Positions 50,301 to 64,000 of a stretch of DNA of 64,000 nucleotides are shown here, piece after piece (within the stretch, counting starts at the first letter, position 1; each line of letters starts with the position of its first letter). Origin of the DNA: Phoronis australis (Eukaryota; Animalia; Phoronida); assembly GCA_002633005.1 (NCBI GenBank), contig NMRA01000323.1:268817-332816 (forward strand). The letters are read 5' to 3'. The notes under the pieces were generated by a model. It was not told the DNA's origin. It did no database searches and saw nothing but the letters and a program-made list of their open reading frames with translations. Made by a program: the position numbers and the translations under genes.

Positions 50301-53300
50301 TGTCTAGCAAAATACCTTATCTTCATTCTCGGGGAACTTCAAATACAAATTGTGAACCGTGTAGTGAGAAAGAAAAAAGATTTAGCAGAACCACCTTGGA
50401 ACCACACAACCGCGTGGATATTTGTTTATTACTTATCTGAGGTCAAAGGTTACAGAGCGGTCACTCAAATCGAATCTCCTGCCAGGTACAGAGCAGCTTC
50501 ATATACCCTCAGTCCTTTCATTCACTAAGTCGCCATAATATTGAGGCAACGAGGTGAACTTATGATAGATTGGTGCCGGGGAAAACAAAGACAAAACGTG
50601 GTTTTGATCCTGAGGGAGTTGTGCGTCTACAATGCATACGACCATTGGTGTTGAGAACGAATGCTACCAGTCGCCTCGCACCTCTGTGGTCATGAACACA
50701 GCAACTTGTGAAAAGAAATAAATCCTCACCCAAATTCTTTAATTCAATTAATAAATTGACATTTCGATGTTTCAATCTCATGCTAACGACATGCTTTAAC
50801 CACCGATTCAATTTTTGTTATCCATTTCTTATTTGGTTCCGTATCAGTGTCCTGGCACGTGACATGCGCAGCCTATGTGTATAACAATGAACTGTTGCCT
50901 GTAGGTCATAAACAACAGTAACGTTGATCCCAAATCGTGGCTGGGAATGGTACGTTTTAATGATACTTAAGTTAATTACGCACTGCAAATTCAGTTGACA
51001 CTACGAGTGAATGTTGAAATAAGTAACATAGATAAGGCTTATTTAGTTTATGTGTACCGAAAATAAGTTTTCACCGAATAATTAACCGAAGACTTTGAGA
51101 TTTTCACTTGTCCCAGTTTAATCACCTTTTTCTCGGCTTTATCTGAACTTTGGATCACGAGTTCTCGAAAACGGCTTGATTGATTTCTTTGAAACTTTAC
51201 AAACTTAATATTAATCTCAAAAACGCTGTTGAATGGGATTTTTGATATAAAGACCTAGTTTTTGCGTAATGTAACAAAGACGAATATGACTTCTATTTTT
51301 TACAAAAGTGCCTCATGTTTTGCGAGTTGATTTGTCATAGAAACCAAACTAAATAAGGTTTGAGATAACCTTAATGGAGAAAAGAATGCAACCACTCATC
51401 TTTGGATGAATCTCATTAGTGGTGCTATGCCCTGGGAACAGTTTAGTTTTTAGACCTAATGGTTGGCTTTGGTGAAATTGTGCATTTAATAACTCCTGAT
51501 GGCTAGCACTGTGTCCCCTTGCTGTATATCCAGTTGTTGAGCTCCGTTTTGAAATATTGAGGTGATAATCACAAACCAAAGCTTTGTATTGCTTTTGTCA
51601 AAATATTTGTTGCAAAATGTTGCCTGTTAACTAAATATTTGTTTAAAAATACTGTGATTTTAATTTCCAAAATATTAAAAAAATAATCTGATATTGTTAT
51701 TCAGAAAATGGTTTTGCTGGGAACTAATGACAGTTTTTTGCATTGCAGGAATTCTAAGCTTTCTTTTGCATGGCACTAAGTTTATTTTAAAATGCCTCAA
51801 TTAACTTAAGTGGCAAAGAAGCGATGAATGGATTTTTCACACCCTGCACAGCCAACTGTCTTGCAGCCTTCGCATGCTCTAAAGAATGAGCACTTCCCAT
51901 TTAACTATTATGACATAATAGTCTCTTTACAATAACCTTCTTGTTAATTTCCCTTTATTCTCAGTCACAAGCAAAGGCTACTCTGACGATGATATCGGCT
52001 TCCACCCAACTGTCACGAGGGAGAATTCTGGGCCACTTTGTCTGAATTCTTTTGACTTGCAATGTACCTTGAAAGTGATGATTTTTCTCTTGTTCTAGCC
52101 TCTAGAGCACCCATTTTGAACCCGCCAAGGATCCTACAGGCCGGGGTCAAGATGCCCCACCCTCCTCAAGTGCCAGATCACCTGCCGAGTTTCCCGGACG
52201 TGCACACATACATCAAAACACCTGTAAATACTTAGAGTTCCTAATTTTGTGCATTAAAACTTGTACAGTGTTGTTGACTAGAAGCCAAAACTGTTGCTTT
52301 CGATCTACTGAATCTGTTCACTGTGTATGTGTTGTTCTCGTTTTCATACACTAAACCTCACCTCAGTTAGATTCGTTAAGTTTCGTCTTTGCTCAACTCA
52401 AACACAAAGTCTGCAGTATGGTGGTTGTTGTTCATGCAAGTAGTCCTTTTGATAATGCTATATTTCACATTACTCCTGAAGATAAGACGTCCGTGGGGTT
52501 GCATTCGACTTCTTCAGCATTTCTGAATATGTACATGTATGGTGTTATCAGTTTTCATAGATCTCCGATTGAAACTGCGGCAGACATTGTTCTGGAACTA
52601 TGACCTTTTGGAGCTTCAATTCCCTTTTTGAATTTGCCGCACCAGTCACAAAAGGAGGGCTGTTACTGCCGGACTGGAAGTCGTACTGTTTTTAAATTGC
52701 ATGGAGTGAAGTAAACTTGCTCAATTTATATGACAATACTTTAGGTTAGCTTCTGATCATTGAATAATTCTTACGTGCAAGATTTAATCAAGCTGTGAAG
52801 TTGGCCCAGCAACATGCATATGAATTAACAAAACAATGTTGGCCAAGTCGTTCTGAAATTATTGTAAAATTTTTGAAAATAACTGTATCTTGAGAAAAAT
52901 GTTTGCCCTATAGTTCAGGTGGTCCTTAATAGCAAAACATTGCTGAATTGTTATAAAAACCTGAAGTGTGAATGTTTGCTTTATTTTGTCAGACTACGAA
53001 GGAACAAGTGAAAGACTACAGAGCCATCAGAGAGAAGGCTGCCACGCAGAAGAGAGACGTAGAAACCTCTCTCACCAGATTCATAGCCAAGACTGGCCAA
53101 TCACAGTCTCTGTTTAAAGAAGAAACCAACACATTCTCAAAATCTTTTCCATGTAAGTGAACTTAGGTACAAAGTCTGCAGTCGTTAGCGTGCAATTTGT
53201 GTTAACAGCTGCTGAGGTAATGTGGGAAGGTTTGATGTATGCAAAACTTAATTTAATGTCACATTGTGTGCTTTTCTGTTTTGTATCTTTGTACAGTTGA

Positions 53301-54987
53301 GTTGCGTGTGCAGAGATTTGCTATGCATCAAATGTGCCTTTCACAGATTCCTTAACTCATTCCTCCCTGATCCCGCCTTATGGCGTGACTGTTTATTTTC
53401 ACTCAGGGCCTGATGCCGTCTGGAGGCGTTATCTAAGAATGTATCTCACAGGCAGATCACGCCTTCAGGAGGGATAGAAGGGAGCAACTTATTGGTTCAA
53501 GTTTGAATATATCTAGGGTATTCCCAGTTTTCTATCCAATGAGGATTGAGACACCATACTCTGTGTTAACTTCTTGTTTGTGAAGTTAATGCCTATTGGC
53601 TGTTGTTTCTGGAATTAAGAACCATTTCTTCACAAGCAAGCGTGTTAACTTTGTAGTGGTTGTTGTGGTAACTTTTGAAAGGTTATAAAGATATTCCTCC
53701 CTGAAATATAGTATGTTTGTTTGATTTGAAGACTAGAATGAAGCTAATTGCCCTGAATTGTAGCCTAATTGGTGTTACATAACACTGCTGTCACCACTTA
53801 ATCATCTGCTAGGGTGCTCCTGTTTATTTTATTGGAACTGACCAGAAACAATAACAAAATGTTCAATTACTAGGAACATTCTACTCTGTGACTAGCACTG
53901 TGCACACACTCACTTGAAATTGCTGCCTTGATATTATACGGACATCATCTCTGCTGCTCTCTCACAGTTCTTGAAGTTTTTATTATGGAGGATAGTTTGG
54001 ATACTGATGACACTGGTCACATTTAGATATAGACTTCAGTGATTATGGATATGATAGTGTGGATACTGATGGCACTGAGTTATCAGATTTAGATACAGAT
54101 TTCAGTGATCTAGTTTATGATGAGGACATGCTACACAGAAAACTTTCTTGACATGTTTTCTGGAAATTTAAACGGATTATTTGTAAACAAACGTCTTTGT
54201 TTCTGGAAAACAAAAAGTAAAACTACTTGTTCAACCCTTTATCGATATTGAACTTGGATAAATTTTGTATCAACACGAAGCTCATTTACTCAAGATGTAT
54301 TGCTGAAAATTTGGTAAGTATATGTTTATTAATGACTGAGTGATGAGGTTTTAATTATGTGCAGTGCTTGTGACCTAGTTCTGAGTGAAATACCCTCCGA
54401 CTTCAAGGGGGTAGACATTCCACAGCTCAGCCAGGCCACTAAGCAATTTATTCCATATGGTGCTCAGGGTCGAATGAGTTAATGAACTCCATTTGCTCCA
54501 TAAATATTGTTATTATTATTATTGTTAATGTTGTATCATTAGGATCATTAACTAGTCGTATTAACGAACCAAAACAACTGCGCCCATCCCAAAACTAAAG
54601 GTCGTGTTGCACAGGGCTTTAACATGTCCTGTTCTTAACCAGCACATTTCTGAATCTTGCCTTGAAAACCACTCATGAGAATAAGATGTCGTTTGCCATA
54701 AATCCACCATTGGTTTACTTGCAGTGATAGCCGTCAAGCTGACCCCAATTCCCTACTTGTCCGTGTTACTGCCCAAGGAGGACGATGCTGACCAACACGA
54801 GCTACAAGAGGTCAGGGTTACTGGACCAAAACGAAAACGAGCTAAGCTATCTGAGTCTCATGGTTCACTTGAAGGAACAGACATTCCACTGGATGTGGGT
54901 TTATCCGAGGACAATGGCATGGACATGCAGGATAACCCATACATGAGACCAGTAAAATTTGCAAACGCACGCAAGAAAAACAGATGA
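47349..54987 (+). CDS. TAF8: Transcription initiation factor TFIID subunit 8, ~286 aa. Exons 47349-47493, 48797-48895, 49515-49583, 52099-52223, 52993-53152, 54725-54987
   Basis: Histone-fold region (AGF...SLETLVEVLQSYLTELGRSS..FSELSGRT), TAF8_C motif HPPQVPDHLPSFPDVHTYIKTP...YRAIREKAATQKRDVETSLTRF, and C-terminal DNPYMRPVK plus a basic NLS. All splice phases are consistent. Confidence 0.95.
47876..47960 (-). mobile_element. tRNA-derived SINE head
   Basis: Minus strand reads TAGCTGAATGGTTAGCAC (A-box)...GATTCGATTCCCC (B-box). Confidence 0.5.
48975..49290. mobile_element. Dispersed MITE, same family as 27145-27425
   Basis: Shared caaaaacatagttggttc...aagaaaatccacc...aaatgatgcag.atttttttt. 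Confidence 0.6.
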
Positions 54988-55731
54988 CCAGGATTTTGTG
55001 TCTAGAAAATAGTTATTTTTATTATTATTTTATACTGATCCATATTTATCAACACATCGTGTTATGAAACAAGTAAAAGCACTTTAATGCGATGCCACGT
55101 AATTGTTTTTGTTATGACACCATTACTTTAAAAAGATTATTTTTTGTAAACAAGATCTAGATTTAGGACTCCTACTAGCTTCTTGGTCTTTATACACCTA
55201 TTAACACTAAAAATGCCAAAGATGTCAGTTAATGGCCGAGACATACAGTAGTTTTCAAAGTAAAATGAGCAGACGTCGGCAGAACACTATCAGATTTTGC
55301 TGAATTTGGAGGATCACTAGCTAAAATTATTTGGCTGTTTTGTTGAACTTCTCTAATAATATAATCACATTTACAAGGAAATGTAGTAAAAGTTTGATGT
55401 GGAATTGTTGCATCTATTTTTAAAATTGACTTTGTACAGTAAGTTGTTGCGATTCTGACCAGGCGCATGGAGACAAATCTGTCAACAATTTGTCGAGATT
55501 TAGCCACTATCAAAACGAGATATAGGTAAAAAGAAAAGGATATTTATTCACAGATTTGTGCATTGAAACTTCGTTGATGTTTGTCTCCAGGTTCATTTTG
55601 AAAACTACTGCATGAGATACTGACACGAGGGTTGGAGTTGTGGTGGTGAAGAAAATGAAACTAATGAGTGTCGGTTGAGCACCTAAAACGACATATCTTC
55701 TCATAGTGACATTCACATCGAGCTGTGCTTT

Positions 55732-58700
55732 TTACTTCTTTGACTTCTCTGCCTGAAAATAATAGAATGCAACAAAATTGACACAAATTATCAATAAAGA
55801 AACGTATATGAAACAATGGCACAGACAAATTGTCTTAATCGATCACCGAACAGTGTCCAATGACCACTCATTGACAATTACAATACATAATCAGATTTCA
55901 GTGTATACGATGGAATCCTTTAACGAAAACTTTAGACATGGCTAGGTTAGATGTAGATAAATGTACCTTAACATCACATTTTGGTAGGCGTGTTTCTATG
56001 CCTCACCAATATTTGGAGGGATTTGACAACAGCTATGCCCTCAAGTGGCATTTCATTAATTTTTTATGGTTGTAATCCACAATCAATCCTCTAATTAAAC
56101 AGATGATCAATTTTGGCAAAAACAAGATTATGCACTTATGATTGACCATCGATTTTTTATATCATTGAGAATCAGCCAATCACATGGCGTCAAAAGACCT
56201 GTCCAATAGGTTCACAGACCAGACAACCCTAAGTAGGTTAAGTACCTTGAGTAACTTGGGCAGTTCGCACAGTGCCTCCTGGAACTGCTCGACCAACGGT
56301 GCAAGGTCCCGTTCCCGCACCGTCAGTTCACTGACCTTGTCCTTTCCAGCAGACTTCATCATGTCTTTGAAAAAACGAATCTGAAAAAAACAGAGAATCA
56401 CATAATACAGAACAATTTAAAATCATAACTAGAATTTACTATAAAATAATTTACCCTAAGGCGCAAAGCAGCCTGGCTTCTACTGAGTATTGACCACTAA
56501 TAACGAATGTGCAAATCTCAATGCGCATGCCCCACATCAGTTCCTCACTATTGCATTCTGGGATAGCATGTATGCCTAGCAACAGCGTGAGAGTTTCTAT
56601 ACGGAACAGAATATTGCAGCTGATTATGAGTAAAATGACACCCGGGCTCGGTCTCCAATCTCCGTACTCAGACTCATGCTCAAACTCACACTCCATACTC
56701 AACTCGAGTACAGACTCAGCTTTGGTGTATTCAATGTCATACTCGAAAAATCTGTACTCGAAAATTCGAGCACGTACTCGAAGTGGAGTGTATTTCGTCT
56801 ATATTTCGAGTATATATCTCCAAATTTCAAGTTTGGTTTGGCAGTGTGCTCGAAATTGTACTCGAAAATAAATACGGCGGATGTGAGATACTGACAAATT
56901 ATTCCATGAGCAAAGAAGAAAATATCGAAAAACCACAGAGAGAAACAGCAAATCTTTGGAAAATTTAAGTCTTCATAACATATTTCAGAGCTCGAGACAA
57001 TTGTTTTCATTTTAAATCTTCTTCATCTTAACTCGCCATATCACCGCACTTCATTGCCGCCAATTTTTAAAGTCCTTCAATTCCTGGCAACTGGCGAATA
57101 CTAATCCCATGTCAATGAGTCATTACAAGGGTCAAAAGCAGCTGTGGGGTGGGGATTGCCGTGACTGAATTGTGTGTGCAACGGTTTGTAGGGTTTCCTA
57201 AAGACGACGAAATTTAAAAAAACAATTTGCTTCCCTGTCAGATTTCACATCATAGTTTAGTCACCGATAATTCCTCAATCCCCGAATGATATTCCAGATT
57301 TTGTTTGCCGATTTATGAGTAGTCGTCTCGTGCCGTTCACTGATGAACTCTGAATGCCTGTACATATAGTGTTTTTAACTCACGCGCCAAATGTCAGCTA
57401 ACTTGATACATCCTGGTAAAACGCAAAGATACAGTATCAAAGCTTTGACATCAGCGTAGGCCTACACGGCAATGGGTTCTATGCAAGAGAGAACAGGGGT
57501 TGGCCGGTAACCAAACAACTGTGGCCCAAAAATGTCAACTGGAGTTTCGGGCTGATGTGGACAACCGGTTTACTAGAGAAGAACACCAACACTAGCAATT
57601 GATTGAGATTCAACCTCCCGTCAAAGATTGTGCAATTCGAACTCTCCCTTAAAAACGTTGGTTGCAGGCCCGTGATATGGTACAAGACTCCCCTGCCGGG
57701 GTCACCGGCTCACTGGCTGCATGAATGAAAAAGAAAATTTCAACTCCATTAATTGTTGGTGTGACCATGCCAATTTTTGGAGTAAATGAGTCAAGTGTAG
57801 GGGGAATGCCCCTTGACTAAATCAGACACTGAGATTTTGGATGCTTCGCTCTGGCCAACTGACTTTCTTTGATAAGCTGTTTCAAATTTCTTGAGACATT
57901 TTCCGTCGGGAGATAAGGAACTCAAGAAGTAAAGCTTAATAATTTGCAAATGTATCAAGAAATGGTAGAACATTGTATTGAAACTGAAAAAATGAATAAC
58001 AGTTACAGCAGCATTCCACATTATACTCTTGTAACTGTAGCGAGAGCCGACGATAACATAGATGCTAGGGTAGTCGATGCAAATATAGGGAGCGCTGAAT
58101 CAGCGCAACTTTGTGTGGTTTTGCATTTCACATCATAGCAACTCGAGTACAATTCTCAGATTTGAGTACGTTTGGAGTCTACTCGAAATGCGAAATACGC
58201 ATTTTTGAGTACGACTCTAGTGAGCACGATTTTGAGTATGAAATCTCGAGTATGAGTATCAGTCTGAGTACGGAGATTGCAGATTGGGTCCCGGTTGAAC
58301 ACAGTCACAGTCAACGGAGGTGGGGTGCGGCAATTCATTTCTTTATGATAAAATACAGTTGCATGCTTCCTGCACTAGTTATTTGTTTAATATTAATTTT
58401 TTTGATAAGAATTCAAATAAAAAAACTTTATTGACCTCTTGTGTGCTAAACATTCGGTACAACAACACCCGGTAACACTGTACACAATCGGTTGTCAAGC
58501 GATAGAGGTATTCATTTCCCATAATGCAACTGTGGCGGCAAATTCAAATATGGCGTATTTGCATATTCGCAATTGGTCCCTCAGAAGATTCCGTCGCCCT
58601 CTGCTGGTGCTCACAGACAACAACTGCAAGTTCCTAGACCATGAGTCGGACAACTTAAATCTGACCCCTCCATGAGGGGTTCTTCACCTGAATGTCCACC

Positions 58701-61700
58701 GTATAAATAGACACAGATCTGAGTCTTCGATCTTGCAGATAAGACAGTCTTCCAATAAGAAAACATTACCCAATAACTATCCAAGAATATGCAGACCATG
58801 TGTTGCTGTTACATAACTTCTATAAAAAGTTCCTCGAATCTAGACACTAGTGGGGTGCTCCGTGAGTGCACAAAGCAAAAAACAGAAAGGTCAATCTGTC
58901 GTGATAGTGGATGGGCTCTCTCATAGGTAGTGGTTGGTTCGGATATGTCGCTTGCTCAGGTGGGATTTTTTTCCTCTCCAGTGTTGCCCCAGCTGGAAAT
59001 TTTTCCCTGTGTGGATATTGTACCTTCTCAAGTACCATCTGGGCTGGCACCCCGGGCTTGGTAACTGATCACGCAAAATGACTGTGACGCCATCTATAAA
59101 ATGACTTTAGGACTACAGACTGGTTATGATATTATTGCGGATTTGAGTAGGCTAGTCTATCAAGAGTGAAAAAGCAAAAACAAACATCCGATTCGTTAAA
59201 CACAGGGCTTGGAATAACCAATGACAAAAAAGTGGAAAACATGCCAGGTCATGTATCATTCCACAAATAAATAGGCTTATGTGACAGAAATATTTTTTGT
59301 GTAGTTAAAACTGAAATTAACGTTTTTGCACAAAAAGTCAAAATATTGATGAAAAAAGAGGAAACTGGAATTCAAATAAGAGGAAATCCAAACCAAAAAA
59401 GAGGAAATCCTCTTAAAAGAGGAAAATTCTAAGCCATGTAAGCAATTCACGGTTTGTTCAGGAGTTTTGACCGTTGCAAGCAGGTGACCTGGTCACTCAG
59501 CACAGGCTATCCCAACAAAACTGCATCATGTATTTCAAACTGGTTACGTGCCACGCTACATACCTCCTTCTTTTCCAGCAACGTCACTGCAGTTCCAACA
59601 CGCCCCGCCCTTGCCGTCCTGCCCACACGGTGGATGTAGGTCTTAATGTAGGGGGCGTGGTCATAAGAGATCACGTACTTTACGTTGTCGATATCCATTC
59701 CCCGTGCCATGGCATCAGAACACACAATGCTGTATTACAAAATAATACCTTTAAATAATAATTTAATAATACTTTATCACCAAGTCCCGCAATTATTCAA
59801 ATCCATTACAACTTCAAGGAAAAGCCATTTTAGGTCACCAAAAAGTTTGCAAGAATTTTTTTTTCTCCTCAGGTATATTTTTAAAAAAAATTTCTTGTCA
59901 TTTTTATTTTTACTTGCCAAATGAAGTGAAAAGTTTTAATGGTTACATTATGTGATTACGTGTATGATTCTGAGAAACTTGTAACGTTGCCTGTAATCAT
60001 AGGAGAGGTGTGTGTACAAATTGCATTTGACCTTCCAAGTGATACTGGATTATTTTTAAGTCATTAAACATGCACCAAATCTTTACAAGCATCATACTAT
60101 AACACCTGGGCCCGGTCTCCAATCTCCGTACTCAGACTCGAATCATGCTCAAACTCACACTTCATACTCAACTCGAGTTCAGACTCAGCTTTGGTGTATT
60201 CAATGTCATACTCGAAAAATCTGTACTCGAAATTTCGAGCACGTACTCAGTTTTCGAGTGTACTTGAACTGAAGTGTATCTCATCTATATTTCGATTTTG
60301 AGTAAAAATTCGGAGTTTATACTCAAATTTCAAGTTTGATATGGCAGTGTGCTTGAAATCGTACTCGAAAATAAATACGAGCCAGAGAACAAAATATCGA
60401 AAGGGAACCAAGAAACACATCAAATCTAAAAAAATAAGTCCTCTTACCGTATATCAGCACTTCAATTTCAGTTCAGAGATAATAGTTTTCATCTTAAATC
60501 TTCTTATTCTTCACCTTATTAACCCGCCGTATCACTGTATGTTATGGCCGCCATTCTACCTCTACAATTCCTGGCAACAGGCGCATTGTAATCCCTTGTC
60601 GGCGAGTCATAATAAGCGTCGAAAGCAGTCGTGTGAGAAGTTTGTGCTGCCCTTATTTCGGTATGTGTGCCTACGTTTTGTAGGGTTTCCAAAAGACGAG
60701 GAGGGGATGGAAGTTAAAAACAGTACGCTTCCCTGTCAGGTGCATTTCTCATCATAACTTAGTCATCTATAATTCCTCAATCCCCAAATGGAATTCCAGA
60801 TTTTGTTTGCCGATTTCTACGTAGACGTCTCGTCCCGTTCACTGCCACTGGTGAACTCTGAATGCCTGCACAAGTATTGTTTTTTAACTCACGTGCCAAA
60901 TGTCAACTCACTTGATACATCCCGGTAAAATACAAAGATACAGTATCAAAGTTTGACATCAGGGTAGGCCTACACAGCAATGGGTTTTATGTCAAGACTA
61001 AATTAGCAACAGAGATGTGATGTGATAAGCTGTTACATATTTCTTAAGACATTTTCGGGACTGGGTGAGGAACTCAAGAAGTAAAGCTTAATAATTGCCA
61101 AATGTATCAAAGAAATGGCATAAGAATATTTATTGAAACTAAAAAATGAATAACAGTTACAGAACAGTCAGAATTCCACGTTATAGACATACTCTTGTAG
61201 TTGTAGCGACAGCAGACGATCTTGGGGTGGTCTATTCCAATAGGGAGCGATGAAAAAGCGCGGCTTTGCGTGATTTTGCAATTCACATCATAAAGAGTTC
61301 CATAGCAAATCGAGTATGAGTGTCAGATTTGAGTACGTTTGGAGTCTACTCGAAATACGACATTAGATACGCTTTTTGAGTACGACTCCAGTGAGCACGA
61401 TTTTGAGTATGAAATCTCGAGTATGAGTATGAGTCTGAGTACGGAGATTGGAGACCGGGCCCAGGTTGCATGCAAAAGAAAATTAGCAAATCAAAATTGT
61501 GTTATTTAAGAAAATCTATTGACAGAAATAAACTTCAAGGAGTCACTTCGACAAGTTCTAAGTCACCAGTTACTTTCAGCATTCTACACAGAAACAGAAA
61601 CCAGGGCTGCATTCCTTGGACACGAGAGTGTCACAAGAAAAGCTAGACAGTGTGATTATGCGATTTGCTTCTATTGCACGGTGGTACGAAAACTTTTGCA

Positions 61701-63792
61701 TGTTTTTACGAGTTTATTGTGTCAATGGAACACAGTCCTGGAGAGTACAAAATTAATTTTGCAAAACAGGATTACCTGATCTTATTTGAACAAAGTGTCT
61801 GTTGGCTGAAATAATTTCAATAAGTTGATTCTAGTTTTATAGAATCGCGTACCAACAGCGAACGCTCCAAATGTTCCCAAAAGCTGTTATCAAACTTGCT
61901 GCACAATTTGAACTTACACATCTATTTTGCCACTGGCAAACTGTTTAAGAATCCTGCCACGTGCCATGGCGTGTAATCCTGAGGAGAATTCCCTCACTTC
62001 CAAACCTCCGAACACCTTGAGCAGGAGGAACAACCTGCCAACAATGCAAACAAAATGAAAACTGGCCAACAATTGTTACTTTCATCTTGTTCATGCGTCG
62101 CTGTATATGAACTTTAATGCGTCTTAGAATTGCTACATAAGGCTGTAAAGTCATTCACAGGGCCTTCCCTAAATCAACTTTGTTATGTTGTTATTTGCTG
62201 ATGCAGTCAAAGATATTACAAAAAGCATTATTCAGATAAAACACTTCCTCACTGCAAATTGGATCCTCTGGTATTTCCCCACACTAAGGGTTAGTCATGC
62301 TGACCAATATTGCAGACCATGTAGTGTTTCAAAACTTGTTAACTTCAGAGGGTAGGTAAACGCTACTGGGTATTATTTTGGTTCGAAGAGTACAGCGATC
62401 AAATCATCATTATTTGATAACATGATGAAACTGGGTTAAATGACAGTCAATATGTCCTTTTAAACATACATGCAAAGTGTGTTCAGCCAATCAGAAGCGA
62501 GGTATACCTGTGCGTGGCTTCCACAGACTTTGTAAAACACAGAACGTTGCGAAACTTGAGTTGGTGTAAGAAGTAGAGTACAGTAAGTGGCTTCTCACTG
62601 GACGAGCACTCGACGAAAAACTCCTGAAATCCAGGTCGTTAAAACTAGGTCAGAGTTGACATTTGAACGCAGTTCTGCGACAATGACGCAATTTCACTTT
62701 GACGAGGGCAGAAAAGAAAGTACATTTGTGCAGTAGAAGCTTTTCCCAGAGCAATTAATTGTTAGAAAACAAGATTTACACCACTTCCATATTCGTAAAA
62801 CGCACTAAAGCTGTTATCATTATTTTGCAAAAACAAATATTTTGAAGCAACCCATGCATTCGTTTTCTATTGATGCAGGTCTCCACATATTCGTTAGTGC
62901 AAATAATTCAGTCCTCGTGCCAAAGATATATTTTCGATGTGTAAATCAGATTTTTTACCATAGATAACGCGATTTTATTGTTTCCAGCACAAGATGACAA
63001 GGTTTGCACACGTGATTCACTGGTTCACCCAGAAAACTCGATGCTTGTTGGAACCCTTGTGTATGAAAAAAGAACTGACAACACATGGTGCAATGTCAAC
63101 ACCATAAATGCAGCGAACCACATAAAAACCTTAAAACTAAAGCTGCCACAAGGAAGGGAAACAGTAAGTCACAGCATTACATAAAGTGCCCGTGCCAAGA
63201 CAAAATTCATTAGAGCCAATACTACAAAAATCGAAAATTCAACAATTTTTAAATACGCAAAGCCGTAAATAAATTAATACAAAATTTCCGCAGAAAGGCA
63301 TATTGACCAGCAGGAGTCGCTTTGAGTCGCAAATCCACCAAATGGTGTCACTACTGTCACCTTCACAGCATGTTTTCCTGAACTAGCCGGAACTGCATCA
63401 CCAATAGACCAGTTCACGCGGTCACTTCTTTTTAATTTTATGAAGTTTGATGAAACAACGAAACCAATCTGCAATACTAAAAAACTAATTGAAGTTGACT
63501 TAAGGTGAAGCTGTGCTGAATCTGATAAGTCTGAAAATTGGCTGCTACAGCCTTCTTTCAAGTAATGGAGGATTGAAGAACTTTCATGGGGCACGGGAGA
63601 CAAAGATCCCGCACTAGGCACTAAGACAAACAGACAATGATGGCAGATTGTACATGCACGTGTGGCTGCACAAAATATCAAAAAAAAAAAAAATGTAAAC
63701 CATCTTTTAACTTACAGTCAAGCCTTTTGGAGTTGTGTATTTGCCAACAAATTCACCTTCAGTAGAAATAGGGATTTTCTCATCTATAGCCA
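55732..63792 (-). CDS. DDX51: DEAD-box RNA helicase DDX51/Dbp6, 3' half (5' exons beyond the window). Exons 63792-63716, 62623-62508, 62034-61918, 59729-59564, 56380-56246, 55752-55732
   Basis: GKYTTPKGL, KPLTVLYFL..VLCFTKSVEATHRLFLLLKVFGG...EFSS, motif V SDAMARGMD and motif VI YIHRVGRTARAG match DDX51. Splice phases are consistent. Confidence 0.92.
56645..58290. mobile_element. Harbinger-like non-autonomous element, copy 1 (nested ~330-bp insertion at ~57490-57815)
   Basis: TIR GGCTCGGTCTCCAATCTCCGTACTCAGACT and 3-bp TSD CCG/CCG. Aligns along its length to 60109-61461. Confidence 0.85.
59203..59438. mobile_element. hAT-like MITE, same family as 29712-29919
   Basis: CAGGGCTTGGAAT...ATTCTAAGCCATG, flanks TAAACA/TAAGCA. 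Confidence 0.7.
60109..61461. mobile_element. Harbinger-like non-autonomous element, copy 2
   Basis: Perfect TIR GGCCCGGTCTCCAATCTCCGTACTCAGACTC. Flanks AACAC-CTG ... CAG-GT. Confidence 0.85.
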
Positions 63793-64000
63793 CTGCAATT
63801 GAACAAATGGATGTATGGTAATGCTTTGTTTATTTAGAACATACCATAGCCAACATGTGAAATTTTATTTTGTTAAATTTCTCCACGACAGTTAGATTAA
63901 GAACACATGTAATGAGGACAAAATTTTCAAATTCTTAGAAAACTGTCCTAGAACTATAGTACGTGATAAGTCCCAAGTCATGCAGAGTTTAACGAGCCGT

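Noticed and set aside
62340-62412. Possible intronic C/D box snoRNA on the minus strand (ATGATGA...CTGA, ~66 nt)
   Set aside because: No terminal stem and no clear perfect rRNA complement. These boxes occur often by chance; snoscan would be needed.
205-63681. Most 60-155 aa ORFs in the six-frame track
   Set aside because: Many start at GTG/TTG, lie in introns or repeats, or are antisense shadows of the giant ORF. They are expected by chance in eukaryotic DNA.

Overview
This is intron-rich, AT-rich animal genomic DNA, not prokaryotic. Invertebrate origin is my inference from gene content and repeat types. Most short ORFs in the supplied track are chance; the real genes are spliced and were rebuilt by hand from GT-AG junctions with consistent phase. 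In order: (1) the 3' part of an Ig-superfamily type I membrane gene (+, 612-13894; two I-set-like Ig domains, S/T stalk, NCAM/Fasciclin-II-like TM); (2) a 20-exon HPS6 (BLOC-2)-like gene (-, 16771-31426, ~792 aa); (3) a 2-exon secreted protein of ~175 aa made of three 4-Cys/Trp repeats (+, 33324-35192); (4) a >2100-aa low-complexity protein of unknown family encoded almost entirely by one 6.4-kb exon (+, to 44202); (5) TAF8 (+, 47349-54987); (6) the 3' half of DDX51/Dbp6 (-, 55732 to beyond the window end). Introns and intergenic DNA carry many MITEs (5-bp-TSD hAT5-like, Harbinger-like, Tc1/pogo-like, MULE-like), tRNA-derived SINE heads and a Penelope GIY-YIG remnant. All family assignments come from recalled motifs; no database search was run.
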